This document shows positions 40,284 through 51,737 of a DNA stretch of 64,000 bases, piece by piece. The notes under the pieces are model-generated. The model made no database searches. It saw only the letters and a list, made by a program, of their open reading frames with translations, and had not been told where the DNA came from. The DNA comes from Bacteroidales bacterium (GTDB lineage Bacteria; Bacteroidota; Bacteroidia; Bacteroidales; UBA932): contig OY782180.1 of the NCBI GenBank assembly GCA_963677675.1, positions 712,084-776,083 of the forward strand, in the 5' to 3' direction. The position numbers were made by a program, and so were the translations under genes. Every line of letters begins with the position of its first letter. Positions within the stretch are counted from its first letter, which is position 1.

Positions 40284-41759
40284 CTAGTATGACCGGGCAA
40301 AAATCACTCTTCTTTTTGACGGTTTTCCCGAGTAAACACAGGTGCCTTCCTCTTCAATTACATCCTCCAGGGGAATACAGCGGATTGTAGCCTTTGTCTC
40401 GTTCTTGATTTTCTCCTCTGTTTCGGATGTTCCATCCCAGTGACACATAAGAAAACCGCCCTCTTCAATTTTAGTTTTGAAGGTTTCCCAGTCATTTACT
40501 ATATGTGTACTGTTCTTGCGGAATTCAAACGCTTTAGTGTAAATGTTCTCCTGAATTTCGTCAAGCAGGTTTTTAATATACTCCTCAATACCCTCTCTAG
40601 GCATTGAGCTTTTCGAAAGAGTATCCCTTCTCGCCAGTTCCACTGTTCCATTTTCAAGATCCCTTGGTCCTATAGCAATCCGTACCGGAACGCCTTTTAG
40701 TTCCCATTCTGCAAATTTAAATCCGGAGCGAAGGTTGTCGCGGTTGTCAATTTTGGATGTAATATTCATTTTTGCCAGACCTGCCTGAATGTCCTTCATT
40801 CTCTCAATTATCTTCTCATTCTCTTCATCGGTCTTAAAAATAGGTACCATTACTACATGTATTGGTGCAAGTTTCGGAGGAAGAACAAGCCCGTTGTTAT
40901 CGCTGTGTGCCATTACAAGGGCTCCCATCAGTCTTGTGGAAACTCCCCATGAAGTTGCCCATACATATTCAAGGCTTCCGTCTTTACTCTGATACTGAAC
41001 GTCAAAAGCCTTTGCAAAATTCTGTCCCAGAAAGTGTGACGTACCTGCCTGCAGAGCTTTTCCATCCTGCATAAGAGCCTCAATACAAAGTGTATCAAGG
41101 GCGCCCGCAAATCTTTCGCTCTCGCTTTTGCTTCCTACGATTACAGGCATTGCCATGAACTCTCTGGCAAATTGCGCATAAATCTGAATCATTTTTTCTG
41201 CCTCTTCAATTGCCTCCTGCCTTGTAGCATGAGCCGTGTGGCCCTCCTGCCAAAGGAATTCCGCAGTACGCAAAAACAAACGCGTGCGCATCTCCCATCT
41301 AACTACATTTGCCCATTGATTAATAAGAATAGGCAAATCCCTGTATGATTTTATCCAGTTCTTGTATGTACTCCATATAATAGTTTCCGAAGTAGGCCTT
41401 ACGATAAGTTCCTCTTCCAGTTTTGCATCCGGATCCACAACAACTCCTGGGCCGTTTGGGTTGGCCATGAGTCTGTGGTGAGTAACAACTGCGCACTCCT
41501 TGGCAAACCCCTCTACATGTTCCGCCTCCTTGCTAAGAAATGATTTTGGAATAAAAAGAGGAAAGTAGGCATTCACATGTCCTGTCTCTTTGAACATTTT
41601 ATCCAGCTGAGCCTGCATCTTTTCCCAGATAGCATAACCATAGGGTTTGATAACCATACACCCTCTAACAGCCGAATTTTCAGCCAAATCTGCCTTGGTT
41701 ACCAGATTATTATACCAAAGTGAATAGTTTTCCTCCCTGTTAATTATATCTTTTGCCAT
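40284..41759 (-). CDS. proS: Proline--tRNA ligase (eukaryote/archaea-like type)
   Basis: [49 protein letters not shown]. Confidence 0.98.
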   Translation of the reverse strand: MAKDIINREENYSLWYNNLVTKADLAENSAVRGCMVIKPYGYAIWEKMQAQLDKMFKETGHVNAYFPLFIPKSFLSKEAEHVEGFAKECAVVTHHRLMANPNGPGVVVDPDAKLEEELIVRPTSETIIWSTYKNWIKSYRDLPILINQWANVVRWEMRTRLFLRTAEFLWQEGHTAHATRQEAIEEAEKMIQIYAQFAREFMAMPVIVGSKSESERFAGALDTLCIEALMQDGKALQAGTSHFLGQNFAKAFDVQYQSKDGSLEYVWATSWGVSTRLMGALVMAHSDNNGLVLPPKLAPIHVVMVPIFKTDEENEKIIERMKDIQAGLAKMNITSKIDNRDNLRSGFKFAEWELKGVPVRIAIGPRDLENGTVELARRDTLSKSSMPREGIEEYIKNLLDEIQENIYTKAFEFRKNSTHIVNDWETFKTKIEEGGFLMCHWDGTSETEEKIKNETKATIRCIPLEDVIEEEGTCVYSGKPSKRRVIFARSY

Positions 41760-41803
41760 TTACGTTGTATTTATGTGCTGTTTATGTTGATTTTATTTGT
41801 TTT

Positions 41804-41818
41804 CGGTACGATTTTTGC
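41804..41818 (+). promoter_or_regulatory. Candidate sigma-54 -24/-12 promoter abutting a TATATTTG primary-sigma box (41820-41827)
   Basis: CGGTACGATTTTTGC fits GG-N10-GC with the TTGC end. Confidence 0.45.
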
Positions 41819-41876
41819 CTATATTTGTAACAAGGCACAAAAGTACAAAATAATATTAAAACACAGGAGGTGTGAA

Positions 41877-43196
41877 ATGAAAAACAGTTTTTATATCCTG
41901 CTAATCTTCGGGTTCGTTATTAGTTCTTGTGGCACATCTAAACAATACACATCTTCGGAATACGGAGACGCTATCTACAACAATTCTCCGGAAAAAATAA
42001 TTGCTCTCAGCACTGCTACTGACGAGGGCATGGCCAACCTCAAACAAAAGACAAAAGAGCTTGGAAGAACAACCGTTAACGGTTACGACGCCAAAGTCAT
42101 CTATGTCAACGATGAGGGAGCGGCTGATATTGTGGTTGACGGAGAGAGCTCCTATCTCATTCTCGACTCAACTATGTCATTTGAAGAGAGGCTCACTAAA
42201 TTCAGATCTCCCAACTATAATATAAACATTTACATTTCCGACCGTTGGGGCTGGAACGACAGTGACTATTACAGCCCATGGTGGTATATGAGCAGCAACC
42301 CATGGTTTTACAGAAACAGAATGGCCCGTTACTACGGATCAAGTTTCTATTATGACTGGTGGGGCAGTCCTTTCAGCAGATGGGGCAACCAATATTACGA
42401 CCCATGGGGTTACGGCTACAACGGATACTATGGCTACAACAGCTGGTATGGCAATTACGGTTATGGATATTATGGGTATCCTTTTAACAGATACTATAAC
42501 ACTTACGGCTATTATGGCTGGTATGGCAATCACAATGGTGACTGGTATAGCGGAGGCGGACATTCGGGCGGACACTCAGGCGATCGTTCCCGCTACGTTG
42601 GCAAAAGAGTGGACAATTACAGATCCCCTGGAAGTACCGACAATGGCCCATCAAGAGGTGTTGTGAAAAATAACCCACGTATCGAACAAATCGGAGGGAC
42701 AAGAATTGACAACACTCCTAACAGGGAAGGAAGCGTATACAGGAGAGAAAACAAGACAGGAACTTCCGGCGTCATTCACAATACAGATGTTGTTAATCCA
42801 AACCGTTCATCGGGACAAACAGAAAGAACCGGAACAACTTACCGCCGTCCTTCTTCAGAGGCAAGGGTAAATTCAGCCGGAAATCAGGAGAACAGGAGTA
42901 ATAATAATGTATCAAGAACAGAAAGCTCGTACAGGAGAAGTTCAACTTCGGTAGAATCATATCGCGCAGGCAGTTCACAATCCGGATCTGCTGTAAGAAG
43001 TACAAACTCCCCTTCGAGAAGTTCATCTTCTTACGAAAGGAATTCCTCTTCCTACGATAGAAACAGCAACTCTGCAGGCAGCTCAAGTGTAAGAAGCAGC
43101 AATACCGGCAGTTCAGGCAGTTCAGGCAGTACAAGCAGCACAAGCAGCTCTGGCAGCAGCTCATCATCCGGTTCAGGCTCAACATACCGCAGGTAA
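41877..43196 (+). CDS. Lipoprotein with Tyr/Gly/Trp-rich and Ser/Arg-rich low-complexity regions
   Basis: MKNSFYILLIFGFVISSC lipobox; YGY repeats; SSS/GSS tail; start moved to ATG 41877. Confidence 0.8.
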   Translation: MKNSFYILLIFGFVISSCGTSKQYTSSEYGDAIYNNSPEKIIALSTATDEGMANLKQKTKELGRTTVNGYDAKVIYVNDEGAADIVVDGESSYLILDSTMSFEERLTKFRSPNYNINIYISDRWGWNDSDYYSPWWYMSSNPWFYRNRMARYYGSSFYYDWWGSPFSRWGNQYYDPWGYGYNGYYGYNSWYGNYGYGYYGYPFNRYYNTYGYYGWYGNHNGDWYSGGGHSGGHSGDRSRYVGKRVDNYRSPGSTDNGPSRGVVKNNPRIEQIGGTRIDNTPNREGSVYRRENKTGTSGVIHNTDVVNPNRSSGQTERTGTTYRRPSSEARVNSAGNQENRSNNNVSRTESSYRRSSTSVESYRAGSSQSGSAVRSTNSPSRSSSSYERNSSSYDRNSNSAGSSSVRSSNTGSSGSSGSTSSTSSSGSSSSSGSGSTYRR

Positions 43197-43212
43197 CTTA
43201 TAAATATCAATT

Positions 43213-44790
43213 ATGAAAAAAAGTTTATTGATTTTATCATCGATACTCCTTGTTACAGCAGTATCGGGGCAGAGTGTAAATGATGCTCTAAGAATTTCCC
43301 AAAAACCTTATGTTGCAAGTGCATCTTTATTTTCACAGAACTTCTATGAGGGAACTGCCCGAACAGCAGCAATGGGCAACGCATTCATCTCTCTCGGCGG
43401 TGATGTGGGAGCCATAAGCATTAACCCTGCGGCTTCAGGTATTTATAAGTATTCGGAATTTTCAATTACTCCGTCGCTAAACGCCTACAGGGCTTCTTCG
43501 GATTATCTTGGAACAACTGTAAATGACAACATGGCAAGCCTTGGCGTCTCTTCGCTTGGATATGTAGGGTCCTTTAGCAAGTATAACAAATCGAGAAGAG
43601 GTTCGAATTTTAACCTCTCCTTTTCTATAAACAAGCTGAACAATTATAACAGCAGGTTCTCTGTAAGCGGAAGAACAAACCAGTCAAGCTGGTTGTCTTC
43701 TGTTGCCTACGGAGCCGATGGCACTCTTGGAACAGAACTTGATATGACCAACAACAATGAATATCCTTTCAACATTGGCGTTCCATGGAGGTCAGTTCTT
43801 GCATACAATGCTTTTTTAATTGACCCTCTTCCTGACTCTGATGATACATATTTCGGTGCAACAGAAAATCTCGTTGGAACATCAATTGTAATTGGAGGAG
43901 ATTTGGACCAGAATTTTACCAGGGAAACAAACGGAGGACTTTCGGAATTCGTAGTCAATATTGGTGGCGGAGTTGCAAACAAACTTTTTTATGGAGTGAA
44001 TATTGGAATCCAGTCCCTCAATTATACAGACAGGCAAATTTACAGCGAAAGTGCAGTTAACCCGGCTCTCTTTAATTCCGGATTTGACAGTTTTGAACAC
44101 ACATACAGCCAAACAACCACAGGAGTAGGCTTAAATGCAAAACTTGGTATTATATACCTGCCGGTTAAAGGTTTGAGAATTGGAGCCACAATTGCGACCC
44201 CTACCCTTATGACAATTTCCGATGAGTGGGAGGAAAAAATAGTTTCAAACTTCATAAACCCTTCGGAAACTTATACAAAAAGATCTTCCTTCGGAGACTA
44301 TAACTACAATCTTATTACCCCAATGCGCATAGGTTTTGGCGCATCATGCGTAATTGGCACAGTTGGAATCCTGAGTGCCGATGTTGAAGGTGTAGGATAC
44401 AACTGGATGAAATTAAGCGACAACTACAATAATAATACAAATCCATTTGACGGTACAGGAGGAGAGAACGAAACAATCAGAAATGACTTCCGTTTTGCAA
44501 AGAACTTTCGTTTTGGCTTTGAAGTGAAACCCGTTCCTCAGCTTGCTTTAAGAGGCGGATACTCGTTCTACCAAAGCCCCGAAACCGGCAGCCCGGATAA
44601 CCACTTCGTTTCAGTTGGTGCAGGTGTAATTTCCAAAAAAGGATTTTTTGGAGACATTGCAGTTATTCACAAAGTAAAACAAACCGAAAATCTGAGACTT
44701 TATGCAGATATTCCCGGATCAACCGCTCCGGTTGGATCTTTGGAAAACAGCGCATTAAGAGTAATGCTTACTTTTGGATTCCGTTTCTGA
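43213..44790 (+). CDS. OmpP1/FadL-family outer membrane beta-barrel
   Basis: EGTARTAAMGNAFISLGGD...INPAA hatch motif; C-terminal TFGFRF. Confidence 0.85.
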   Translation: MKKSLLILSSILLVTAVSGQSVNDALRISQKPYVASASLFSQNFYEGTARTAAMGNAFISLGGDVGAISINPAASGIYKYSEFSITPSLNAYRASSDYLGTTVNDNMASLGVSSLGYVGSFSKYNKSRRGSNFNLSFSINKLNNYNSRFSVSGRTNQSSWLSSVAYGADGTLGTELDMTNNNEYPFNIGVPWRSVLAYNAFLIDPLPDSDDTYFGATENLVGTSIVIGGDLDQNFTRETNGGLSEFVVNIGGGVANKLFYGVNIGIQSLNYTDRQIYSESAVNPALFNSGFDSFEHTYSQTTTGVGLNAKLGIIYLPVKGLRIGATIATPTLMTISDEWEEKIVSNFINPSETYTKRSSFGDYNYNLITPMRIGFGASCVIGTVGILSADVEGVGYNWMKLSDNYNNNTNPFDGTGGENETIRNDFRFAKNFRFGFEVKPVPQLALRGGYSFYQSPETGSPDNHFVSVGAGVISKKGFFGDIAVIHKVKQTENLRLYADIPGSTAPVGSLENSALRVMLTFGFRF

Positions 44791-44806
44791 TAATTCTTCT
44801 CTTCAA

Positions 44807-45427
44807 TCAGAGATATGAAACGGTATCGGGGCCTTCATTAAACAGAAGGTCAATTATAGAAAGATTGGCAATAAAACCATATTTATGGGCAAATACCTGA
44901 TGGTATTGCCCATTTTTATTTTGCAGGGGCGACGGTCGCTTTGGATGAATCGCCTCTCTTAAATCAACCTCATGATTCTCATAAGAGCCGGTAAGCGATA
45001 TCTCTCTGTTTATACCGGCAAGATTCAAAAGCATCGTTGTGAGCTTAAGATTAAAATCAAAGAGATGTTCTATCTCCTGCGACTTGTAAAATGGTTCAAA
45101 ATCGTCCTGATAATACTCGAAAAAAGGGGACATCCTGTAGGCAGATACTATTGCCATCCAGTGTTGTTGCTGCCACTTCCTTGAGTAGTCTATTTTAACT
45201 TCTCTCACAGGTACAGAGTGGCCATTGTCACGCAGGACCGGAATCACTAAAGACAAAAGGCCGTTGGCACTGTATATGTGACAACGGCTTCTGTAACTTT
45301 GTTTCTGATAATTTTCAAATTGTTCTATACAGCACTTTGACGAACTGAGAATGGAGCTGAAGTAGTCAATAGGAGGCAAATAGGCTGTTGACAGAACTAT
45401 TTCGCCTGTATTACTCTTCGAGTTCAT
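44807..45427 (-). CDS. WbqC family protein
   Basis: STAYLPP, YQKQSYRSRC, YRMSPFFEYY, LSIIDLLFNEGP. Confidence 0.9.
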   Translation of the reverse strand: MNSKSNTGEIVLSTAYLPPIDYFSSILSSSKCCIEQFENYQKQSYRSRCHIYSANGLLSLVIPVLRDNGHSVPVREVKIDYSRKWQQQHWMAIVSAYRMSPFFEYYQDDFEPFYKSQEIEHLFDFNLKLTTMLLNLAGINREISLTGSYENHEVDLREAIHPKRPSPLQNKNGQYHQVFAHKYGFIANLSIIDLLFNEGPDTVSYL

Positions 45428-46202
45428 CTACAGACCTTTTGATGATCCCTCTCTTAGAAGAACGGATAAAATCTACAATTGCTCTCTTTTCCTTAGTCTC
45501 TTCAAATTCTGCATCCACTTTATCGCATGCGTCGGATACATTAAGGCCGCTCTTGTAAATTACTCTGTAAATGTCGGAAATCTGCTGAATCTGCTCATTT
45601 GTAAAGCCTCTCCTGCGAAGCCCCACTATATTGAGGTTATAGAAAGCAAGAGGACGGTGACCCGCAAGAACGTATGGCGGAACATCTTTAAAAATACTTG
45701 AAACTCCGGAAACCATTGCGTGTGCACCAATGTTTGAAAACTGATGCGCAGCTGAGTGGCCGCCAATAATTGCATAATCATCTACGTTGGTCTCGCCTGC
45801 GAGCCCTACATAGCTTACTAAAATAACATTGTCGCCTATCCTGCAGTCGTGTGCCACATGAACATAGGACATAATCATGCAATTGTTTCCGATTTTTGTG
45901 AGTGCCTTTCCGCTGAATGCAGTGCCTCTGTTTACTGTCGCACACTCACGGATAGTGGTGTTGTCTCCGATTTCCACACGGGAAATTTCTCCGGCAAACT
46001 TAAGGTCCTGAGGAATTGCGCCAATTACTGCTCCCGGAAAAACTTTACAGTTTTTTCCAATTTTAACATAGTCAAGAATAGTAACATGAGGACCTATCCA
46101 GGTACCCTCTCCAATCTCAACATTTTCTGCTATGTAGCAAAATGGTTCAATCGTTGCGGTTGTGCCAATTTTGGCATTTGGGTGTATATATGAATGATTC
46201 AT
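45411..46202 (-). CDS. lpxA: UDP-N-acetylglucosamine acyltransferase
   Basis: Hexapeptide repeats, PQDLKF, HVAHDC, HQF, DVPPY. Confidence 0.97.
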   Translation of the reverse strand: MNHSYIHPNAKIGTTATIEPFCYIAENVEIGEGTWIGPHVTILDYVKIGKNCKVFPGAVIGAIPQDLKFAGEISRVEIGDNTTIRECATVNRGTAFSGKALTKIGNNCMIMSYVHVAHDCRIGDNVILVSYVGLAGETNVDDYAIIGGHSAAHQFSNIGAHAMVSGVSSIFKDVPPYVLAGHRPLAFYNLNIVGLRRRGFTNEQIQQISDIYRVIYKSGLNVSDACDKVDAEFEETKEKRAIVDFIRSSKRGIIKRSVDELEE

Positions 46203-46215
46203 CTTTGATTAACTA

Positions 46216-47613
46216 TCACTGTTTATTTTTAATTACCTGAGCTACCATATCTCCTTCACAAACCAGAGTATCTCCAACATATGCCTCTCCTCTCATGCAG
46301 ACAATACTTCTTCTGATAGGAGCCGTGAAGACAACTTTAAACACAAGTACATCTCCGGGAACAACTTTTTTCTTGAATTTTACTCCGTCAATCTTTAAAA
46401 AATAGGTAGAATATTTTGCAGGCTCGTCAAGTCCGGAAAGTACAAGAATCCCGCCAACCTGTGCCATTGCCTCAATTATTAGCACACCCGGCATTACAGG
46501 TTCGTCCGGGAAATGTCCTATAAAGAAACCTTCATTAACGCCAATTGTTTTAATCCCCACAACAGAATCGGCTGTCATTTCAGTTATTCTGTCTACCATA
46601 AGGAACGGAGACCGGTGAGGGAGCAATGCCTTTATTCCATTTATGTCAATAACAGGCTCTGCATTGGGGTCATATACCGGTATATTCTGTTTGTTGAAAT
46701 AATCTTTTGCCGCTTTCCTGAGTATTTTTGCAACATGGGTATTAATCTGGTGCCCGGATTTGTTTGCAATAATTTTTGCCTTAAGCGGAAATCCGATAAG
46801 AGAAAAATCGCCAATTACATCAAGCAGTTTATGTCTTGCACACTCATTTGAAAAACGAAGTTCGAGATGATTGAGGTAACCTGCAGGGCCTCTTTCAAGT
46901 TTTGTTGAATGAAAAAGATTTGCAAGCCTGTCAAGCTCCTCCTGAGGTACAGGATTCTCTAAAATCACAATCGCATTGTTCAAATCGCCTCCCTTTATGA
47001 GGTTGTTCTTAAACAATGGTTCAATTTCGTGAAAAAATACAAATGTACGGCAAGGCGCAATCTCTTTTGCGTAATCCATCTTACTGGAAAACCTGGCATA
47101 CTGATTACCCAGTACCTGAGAATTAAAATCTATCATCAAATCGATAGAAAAATCATCGTCCGGTATAATAATGAGTTCTGCTCCGCTCTTTGCGTCTTTG
47201 TAATAGATTTTTTCTTTGATCTCGAAATATTTTCTATCAGCAGCCTGTTCTACAAGGCCTTCTTTTACAAATGAATCGGTATATGGTTTTGCGCTTCCAT
47301 CAAGAATGGGTGCCTCGGAACCGTCGAGTAAAATTAAAGCATTGTCAACTCCAAGACCGGCTAAAGCAGAGAGTATATGTTCTATTGTGGAGATTCTCAT
47401 CTCTCCGTGTTCAAGAGTGGTACCTCTTTCGGTGGAAGTCACATAATCGACAATGGCATCCATAACCGGCTGCCCTTCTAAGTCTGTCCTCTGAAATTTT
47501 ATTCCATGATTTTCAGGTGCCGGTGTAACTATCATTGTTACCTGCCGGCCAGTATGTAAACCTTTCCCGGTAAAAGTATAACTCTGTTTTAGCGTGCGTT
47601 GTTTAATCTGCAT
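46216..47613 (-). CDS. lpxC/fabZ: Bifunctional LpxC/FabZ
   Basis: GKGLHTG, STIEH, HKLLDVIGD; LPHRSPFLMVD, HFPDEPVMPGVLIIEAMAQ. Confidence 0.97.
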   Translation of the reverse strand: MQIKQRTLKQSYTFTGKGLHTGRQVTMIVTPAPENHGIKFQRTDLEGQPVMDAIVDYVTSTERGTTLEHGEMRISTIEHILSALAGLGVDNALILLDGSEAPILDGSAKPYTDSFVKEGLVEQAADRKYFEIKEKIYYKDAKSGAELIIIPDDDFSIDLMIDFNSQVLGNQYARFSSKMDYAKEIAPCRTFVFFHEIEPLFKNNLIKGGDLNNAIVILENPVPQEELDRLANLFHSTKLERGPAGYLNHLELRFSNECARHKLLDVIGDFSLIGFPLKAKIIANKSGHQINTHVAKILRKAAKDYFNKQNIPVYDPNAEPVIDINGIKALLPHRSPFLMVDRITEMTADSVVGIKTIGVNEGFFIGHFPDEPVMPGVLIIEAMAQVGGILVLSGLDEPAKYSTYFLKIDGVKFKKKVVPGDVLVFKVVFTAPIRRSIVCMRGEAYVGDTLVCEGDMVAQVIKNKQ

Positions 47614-47655
47614 AAAGTTATGGGATGTATAAAACTTGGCAAAGATAAAAAAATA

Positions 47656-48645
47656 TTACTGTTTGTGTAATTTTTTAAATACACTGTATGCTCGAAGATA
47701 CTCTTTTGCATCAAATGTAGGCGAACCTAAAAGGGTTTCTCCCTCTTTTTTTACTGAACTCATAATGCCCGCCTGAGCCCCTACTCTTGTGTTGTCGGCG
47801 ACGGTTATGTGCCCGGCAATTCCAACCTGACCCCCTATCTGGCAGTTCTTTCCAACTTTTGCAGATCCTGCCACTCCTGTCAAAGCTGCAATAACTGTAT
47901 TCTCTCCTATTTCCACATTATGCGCAATCTGAATAAGGTTGTCGAGTTTGACCCCTTTTCTTATTACAGTTGACCCCATCGTTGCCCGGTCAATTGTAGT
48001 ATTTGCTCCAATTTCCACATCGTCTTCGAGAACAACATTTCCGGTTTGAGGAATCTTTTTATATGATCCGTCCGGAGTAGGCGCAAAGCCAAAACCATCT
48101 GAACCGATTACTACATTGGAGTGAATAATGCAATTAGAACCAATTACACATCCGTTATATATTTTTACACCGGGAAAAAGAATTGAATTTTCTCCCACTG
48201 AAACATTATCTCCTATAAAAACCTGCGGATGAATCTGTGCCCCCGCTCCTATTGTCGATTTTTTACCAACATATGCCCCGGCTCCAACAAATGAACCTTT
48301 TCCGAGTTTTGCACTAAATGCTACAGATGCCCGCCATGAGCGGCCGCTTTTCTTTGCAGACTTCATAGAGTTGAAGAGGCCAAGAATTGAGGCAATTGAC
48401 TGATATGCATCATCTACCTTTACAAGTGTTGCCGAAACTGGCTCCTTTGGCTCAAAAGATTTATTTATCAATACAACCGAAGCTTTTGTAGAATAAAGGA
48501 AGTTTTCATACTTGGGGTTAGCTAAAAAGCAGAGATCCCCGGGTTTCCCCTGTTCTATCCTTGCAACAGACTTCACTTTTGTATCCGAATCTCCAACTAC
48601 CTCTCCTTTAAGATAGTCGGCTATGGTTTGGGCTGACAATTCCAT
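47656..48645 (-). CDS. lpxD: UDP-3-O-(3-hydroxymyristoyl)glucosamine N-acyltransferase
   Basis: [30 protein letters not shown]. Confidence 0.97.
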   Translation of the reverse strand: MELSAQTIADYLKGEVVGDSDTKVKSVARIEQGKPGDLCFLANPKYENFLYSTKASVVLINKSFEPKEPVSATLVKVDDAYQSIASILGLFNSMKSAKKSGRSWRASVAFSAKLGKGSFVGAGAYVGKKSTIGAGAQIHPQVFIGDNVSVGENSILFPGVKIYNGCVIGSNCIIHSNVVIGSDGFGFAPTPDGSYKKIPQTGNVVLEDDVEIGANTTIDRATMGSTVIRKGVKLDNLIQIAHNVEIGENTVIAALTGVAGSAKVGKNCQIGGQVGIAGHITVADNTRVGAQAGIMSSVKKEGETLLGSPTFDAKEYLRAYSVFKKLHKQ

Positions 48646-49873
48646 TATTTGGCAATGTTTTAGGGGTGCAAAGAAAGTACTTTTTTGTGATTTGTGAAAA
48701 GGCCTTTGCAGATATCATATCCGAGATGTTAAATATATCGTTGATTTCTCCGCTTTTAGAAAGAATCTTTATATCCTCTTCGTTAATATCATAGCCTCTG
48801 TTCTGAACTTCTCCGGTCTTTACGAAATATTTAATTGCCGAAGTATCAATTCCGGTATCCGAAACTGTTTTGGATAAAGCCTCTTCAAAGGCCTTGTTGT
48901 CAAACGGAACAGGAGAGAGGACTATTTTTGGCAATTTTCTTTCGGTAAGCATTTTACAAAGTAAAGAAAGCGTTTTGTCACTGGCAAACTGCCACTGTTT
49001 TATTGCAGACATCACGTCTGTGTCGTCGAGCTGAGTGAAATTTGATAAGACGTCACTTTTTTTGAAGCTCTCCAGACAAAATGTGTTTGCAAGAAAAAAC
49101 AGAAGAGGCGGAGAACCCGGCAGGGAAACTCCTTCGGAAACAAGTTCCCGTGCCCGCCGCAGGATTTCTATGAGAAGCTGTTCTGCTGCTATGACAGTCT
49201 TATGCAAATAGACCTGCCAGTACATGAGCCTCCGTGAAATTAAAAATTTTTCAATCGAATAAATCCCCTTCTCCTCAATTACGAGGTTGTTATTGTAGAC
49301 GGTCATCATTTTGATTATTCTCTCATGACCTATCATTCCTTCGGCAACTCCGGAAAAGAAACTGTCCCTGCGCAAATAATCAAGCCTGTCTACATCAAGC
49401 TGGCTGGAAACAAGCTGATGCAGGAATTTCAACGGGTGCTTCCCTGTGAAAATATCAATTGCCCCATTGAGCCTCCCTCCCATTTCCCTGTTCATCTCCT
49501 CCATTAGAGCAAGGGATATCTCTTCATGCGATATTCCTTTGACGATATTGTTTTCAAGGGCATGACTGAATGGCCCGTGACCCACATCATGAAGCAGAAT
49601 CGCTGCCATAGCCTGTTCTTCGTCGATATCGGAAAGAGCAATACCTTTTGACCTTAGTACCGCAACCGCCTCCTTCATCAGGTGCATTGCCCCCAGCGCA
49701 TGATTGAGCCTGGAGTGGCATGCTCCGGGATAAACTAAATTTGTAAGGCCAAGCTGCTTTATCTCTTTTAGCCGTTGAAAGTATGGATGTTGAATTATCT
49801 CTAAGATGAGCCCTTCTGGTATATTAATAAAACCGTGAACTGGGTCATTTATAATTTTAAAAGTTATTCTCAT
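48608..49873 (-). CDS. HD-domain phosphohydrolase (dNTP triphosphohydrolase-like)
   Basis: [44 protein letters not shown]. Confidence 0.92.
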   Translation of the reverse strand: MRITFKIINDPVHGFINIPEGLILEIIQHPYFQRLKEIKQLGLTNLVYPGACHSRLNHALGAMHLMKEAVAVLRSKGIALSDIDEEQAMAAILLHDVGHGPFSHALENNIVKGISHEEISLALMEEMNREMGGRLNGAIDIFTGKHPLKFLHQLVSSQLDVDRLDYLRRDSFFSGVAEGMIGHERIIKMMTVYNNNLVIEEKGIYSIEKFLISRRLMYWQVYLHKTVIAAEQLLIEILRRARELVSEGVSLPGSPPLLFFLANTFCLESFKKSDVLSNFTQLDDTDVMSAIKQWQFASDKTLSLLCKMLTERKLPKIVLSPVPFDNKAFEEALSKTVSDTGIDTSAIKYFVKTGEVQNRGYDINEEDIKILSKSGEINDIFNISDMISAKAFSQITKKYFLCTPKTLPNNGIVSPNHSRLS

Positions 49874-49954
49874 ATTGTAAAGTTACCAAATAAAAAAATA
49901 TTTTGGAATAAAAAATAAATTAGCTATATTTGCGGCGGTTTAGCGCAAAGGATT

Positions 49955-49976
49955 TAAGGGGACGGCAGTCCCCTTA
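49955..49976 (+). promoter_or_regulatory. rimP leader hairpin with a GNRA tetraloop; TATATTTG promoter at 49925-49932
   Basis: TAAGGGGAC-GGCA-GTCCCCTTA immediately upstream of rimP. Confidence 0.6.
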
Positions 49977-49994
49977 TTTATTACATTTACAGAT

Positions 49995-50462
49995 ATGATA
50001 CAAAAAGAAACAATAGTAAAACTCATTGAAAAATATCTGTCCGACAACTCACTGTTCCTCGTTGATGCTGTTGTAAGCCCGGATAACGATATTGAGGTTA
50101 CATTCGATTCTATGGATAAAGTAGATTTGAAAAACTGTATTGAGCTGAGCAAAACAATTGAGGCAGGGCTCGACAGAGAGCTCGAAGACTTCTCTCTTAC
50201 AGTTACATCTGCCGGATTGGACCAGCCATTTAAGGTCTTCCGTCAGTATCAAAAATTTATTGGAAAAGAGGTTGAAGTAGTTTTTAAAAGCGGAAACAAA
50301 CAGAAGGCAGTCTTAACCGACGCCCGCGAAGATAGCATTGAACTCTCTTTCTTTAAAAACGAGAAAGTAGAGGGGAAGAAGAAAAAAGAGAAAATTGAGG
50401 TCAGGCAATTCTACAGCCTCAATGAAATAAAAAGCACTAAGCCAGTAATAAATTTCAAGTAA
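49995..50462 (+). CDS. rimP: Ribosome maturation factor RimP
   Basis: First gene of the nusA-infB operon; LTVTSAGLDQP motif. Confidence 0.93.
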   Translation: MIQKETIVKLIEKYLSDNSLFLVDAVVSPDNDIEVTFDSMDKVDLKNCIELSKTIEAGLDRELEDFSLTVTSAGLDQPFKVFRQYQKFIGKEVEVVFKSGNKQKAVLTDAREDSIELSFFKNEKVEGKKKKEKIEVRQFYSLNEIKSTKPVINFK

Positions 50463-50484
50463 TATTTAAAGGAACTTACCTAAT

Positions 50485-51723
50485 ATGGAAGGGTTAAATT
50501 TAATTAGCACATTTGCTGAATTTAAAGAACTTAAAAACATTGACCGCCCAACAATGATGAGTGTTCTGGAAGACATCTTTCGCAACCAGCTCATCAAAAT
50601 GTACGGAACTGCCGAAAACTTTGATATAATCATCAATATAGACAAAGGAGACTTTGAAATATGGAGAAACCGCGAGGTTGTTGAGGTTGTTGAAGATCCC
50701 AATACTCAGATTTCTCTTGAAGAGGTTTCAAAAACAGACGATTCTTATACTGTTGGCGAGTTCTATCCGGAAGAGGTAAAACTTGCAACATTTGGCCGCA
50801 GGGGTATTCTAAATCTGCGTCAGAATCTGTCCGGAAGAATAATGGACATTGAAAAAGCCAATCTCTTTAACAAATACAAAGAAAAAGTAGGCGAAATTGT
50901 TGTCGGCGAGGTTTATCAGGTATGGAAAAAAGAGGTTCTCATCATGGACGAGGACGGAAACGAGCTTTTGCTCCCTAAAACCGAGCAGATTCCTTCGGAC
51001 TTTTTCCGTAAGGCAGACACTGTGAGAGCGGTTGTTGCAAGGGTAGACATGAAAAACAACAACCCTGTAATTATTCTTTCAAGAACAGCTAATGAATTTC
51101 TTGAAAGACTTTTTGAACAAGAGGTTCCTGAAATTTTTGACGGACTCATAACAATCAAGAAGATTGTCCGTATACCCGGCGAGAGAGCGAAAGTTGCTGT
51201 TGAGTCTTATGACGAGCGTATTGACCCTGTTGGAGCATGCGTTGGTGTGAAAGGTTCAAGAATACACGGGATTGTAAAAGAACTTAGAAACGAAAACATT
51301 GATATCATAAACTGGACATCCAATTTGCAGTTACTTATCCAGAGAGCCCTCAGTCCTGCCAAAATATCTTCAATAAAGATAAACGAGGAAACAAAGAGGG
51401 TATTTGTATCGCTTAATCCGGGCGATGTATCTCTCGCGATTGGTAAAGGAGGCAGCAACATTAAACTTGCAGGCCAGCTGGTTGGGATGGAGATTGAGGT
51501 ATTCCGCGAAATCGAAGAGGACGAAGACGACGTTCTGTTGTCTGAATTCTCAGACGAGATCGACAGCTGGGTTATTGAAGCCCTTCGTTCGATTGGATGC
51601 GATACAGCAAAGAATGTTCTGGCAATTTCTGATACTGAAATAGCAAGAAGAGCTGACCTCGAACTGGAAACAGTGCAGGAGGTTAAGAAAATTTTAAGTT
51701 CAGAATTTGAAGAGACTAATTAA
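50485..51723 (+). CDS. nusA: Transcription termination factor NusA
   Basis: S1/KH domains, [35 protein letters not shown]. Confidence 0.98.
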   Translation: MEGLNLISTFAEFKELKNIDRPTMMSVLEDIFRNQLIKMYGTAENFDIIINIDKGDFEIWRNREVVEVVEDPNTQISLEEVSKTDDSYTVGEFYPEEVKLATFGRRGILNLRQNLSGRIMDIEKANLFNKYKEKVGEIVVGEVYQVWKKEVLIMDEDGNELLLPKTEQIPSDFFRKADTVRAVVARVDMKNNNPVIILSRTANEFLERLFEQEVPEIFDGLITIKKIVRIPGERAKVAVESYDERIDPVGACVGVKGSRIHGIVKELRNENIDIINWTSNLQLLIQRALSPAKISSIKINEETKRVFVSLNPGDVSLAIGKGGSNIKLAGQLVGMEIEVFREIEEDEDDVLLSEFSDEIDSWVIEALRSIGCDTAKNVLAISDTEIARRADLELETVQEVKKILSSEFEETN

Positions 51724-51737
51724 GGCGGAGGCAAAAT

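Noticed and set aside
41775-41876. Listed N-terminal extension of the lipoprotein ORF
   Set aside because: It overlaps promoter elements; the lipobox signal starts at ATG 41877.
48608-48645. 38-nt overlap of the HD-domain gene and lpxD, considered as a frameshift
   Set aside because: Both proteins look complete; the HD protein just has a short C-terminal extension.
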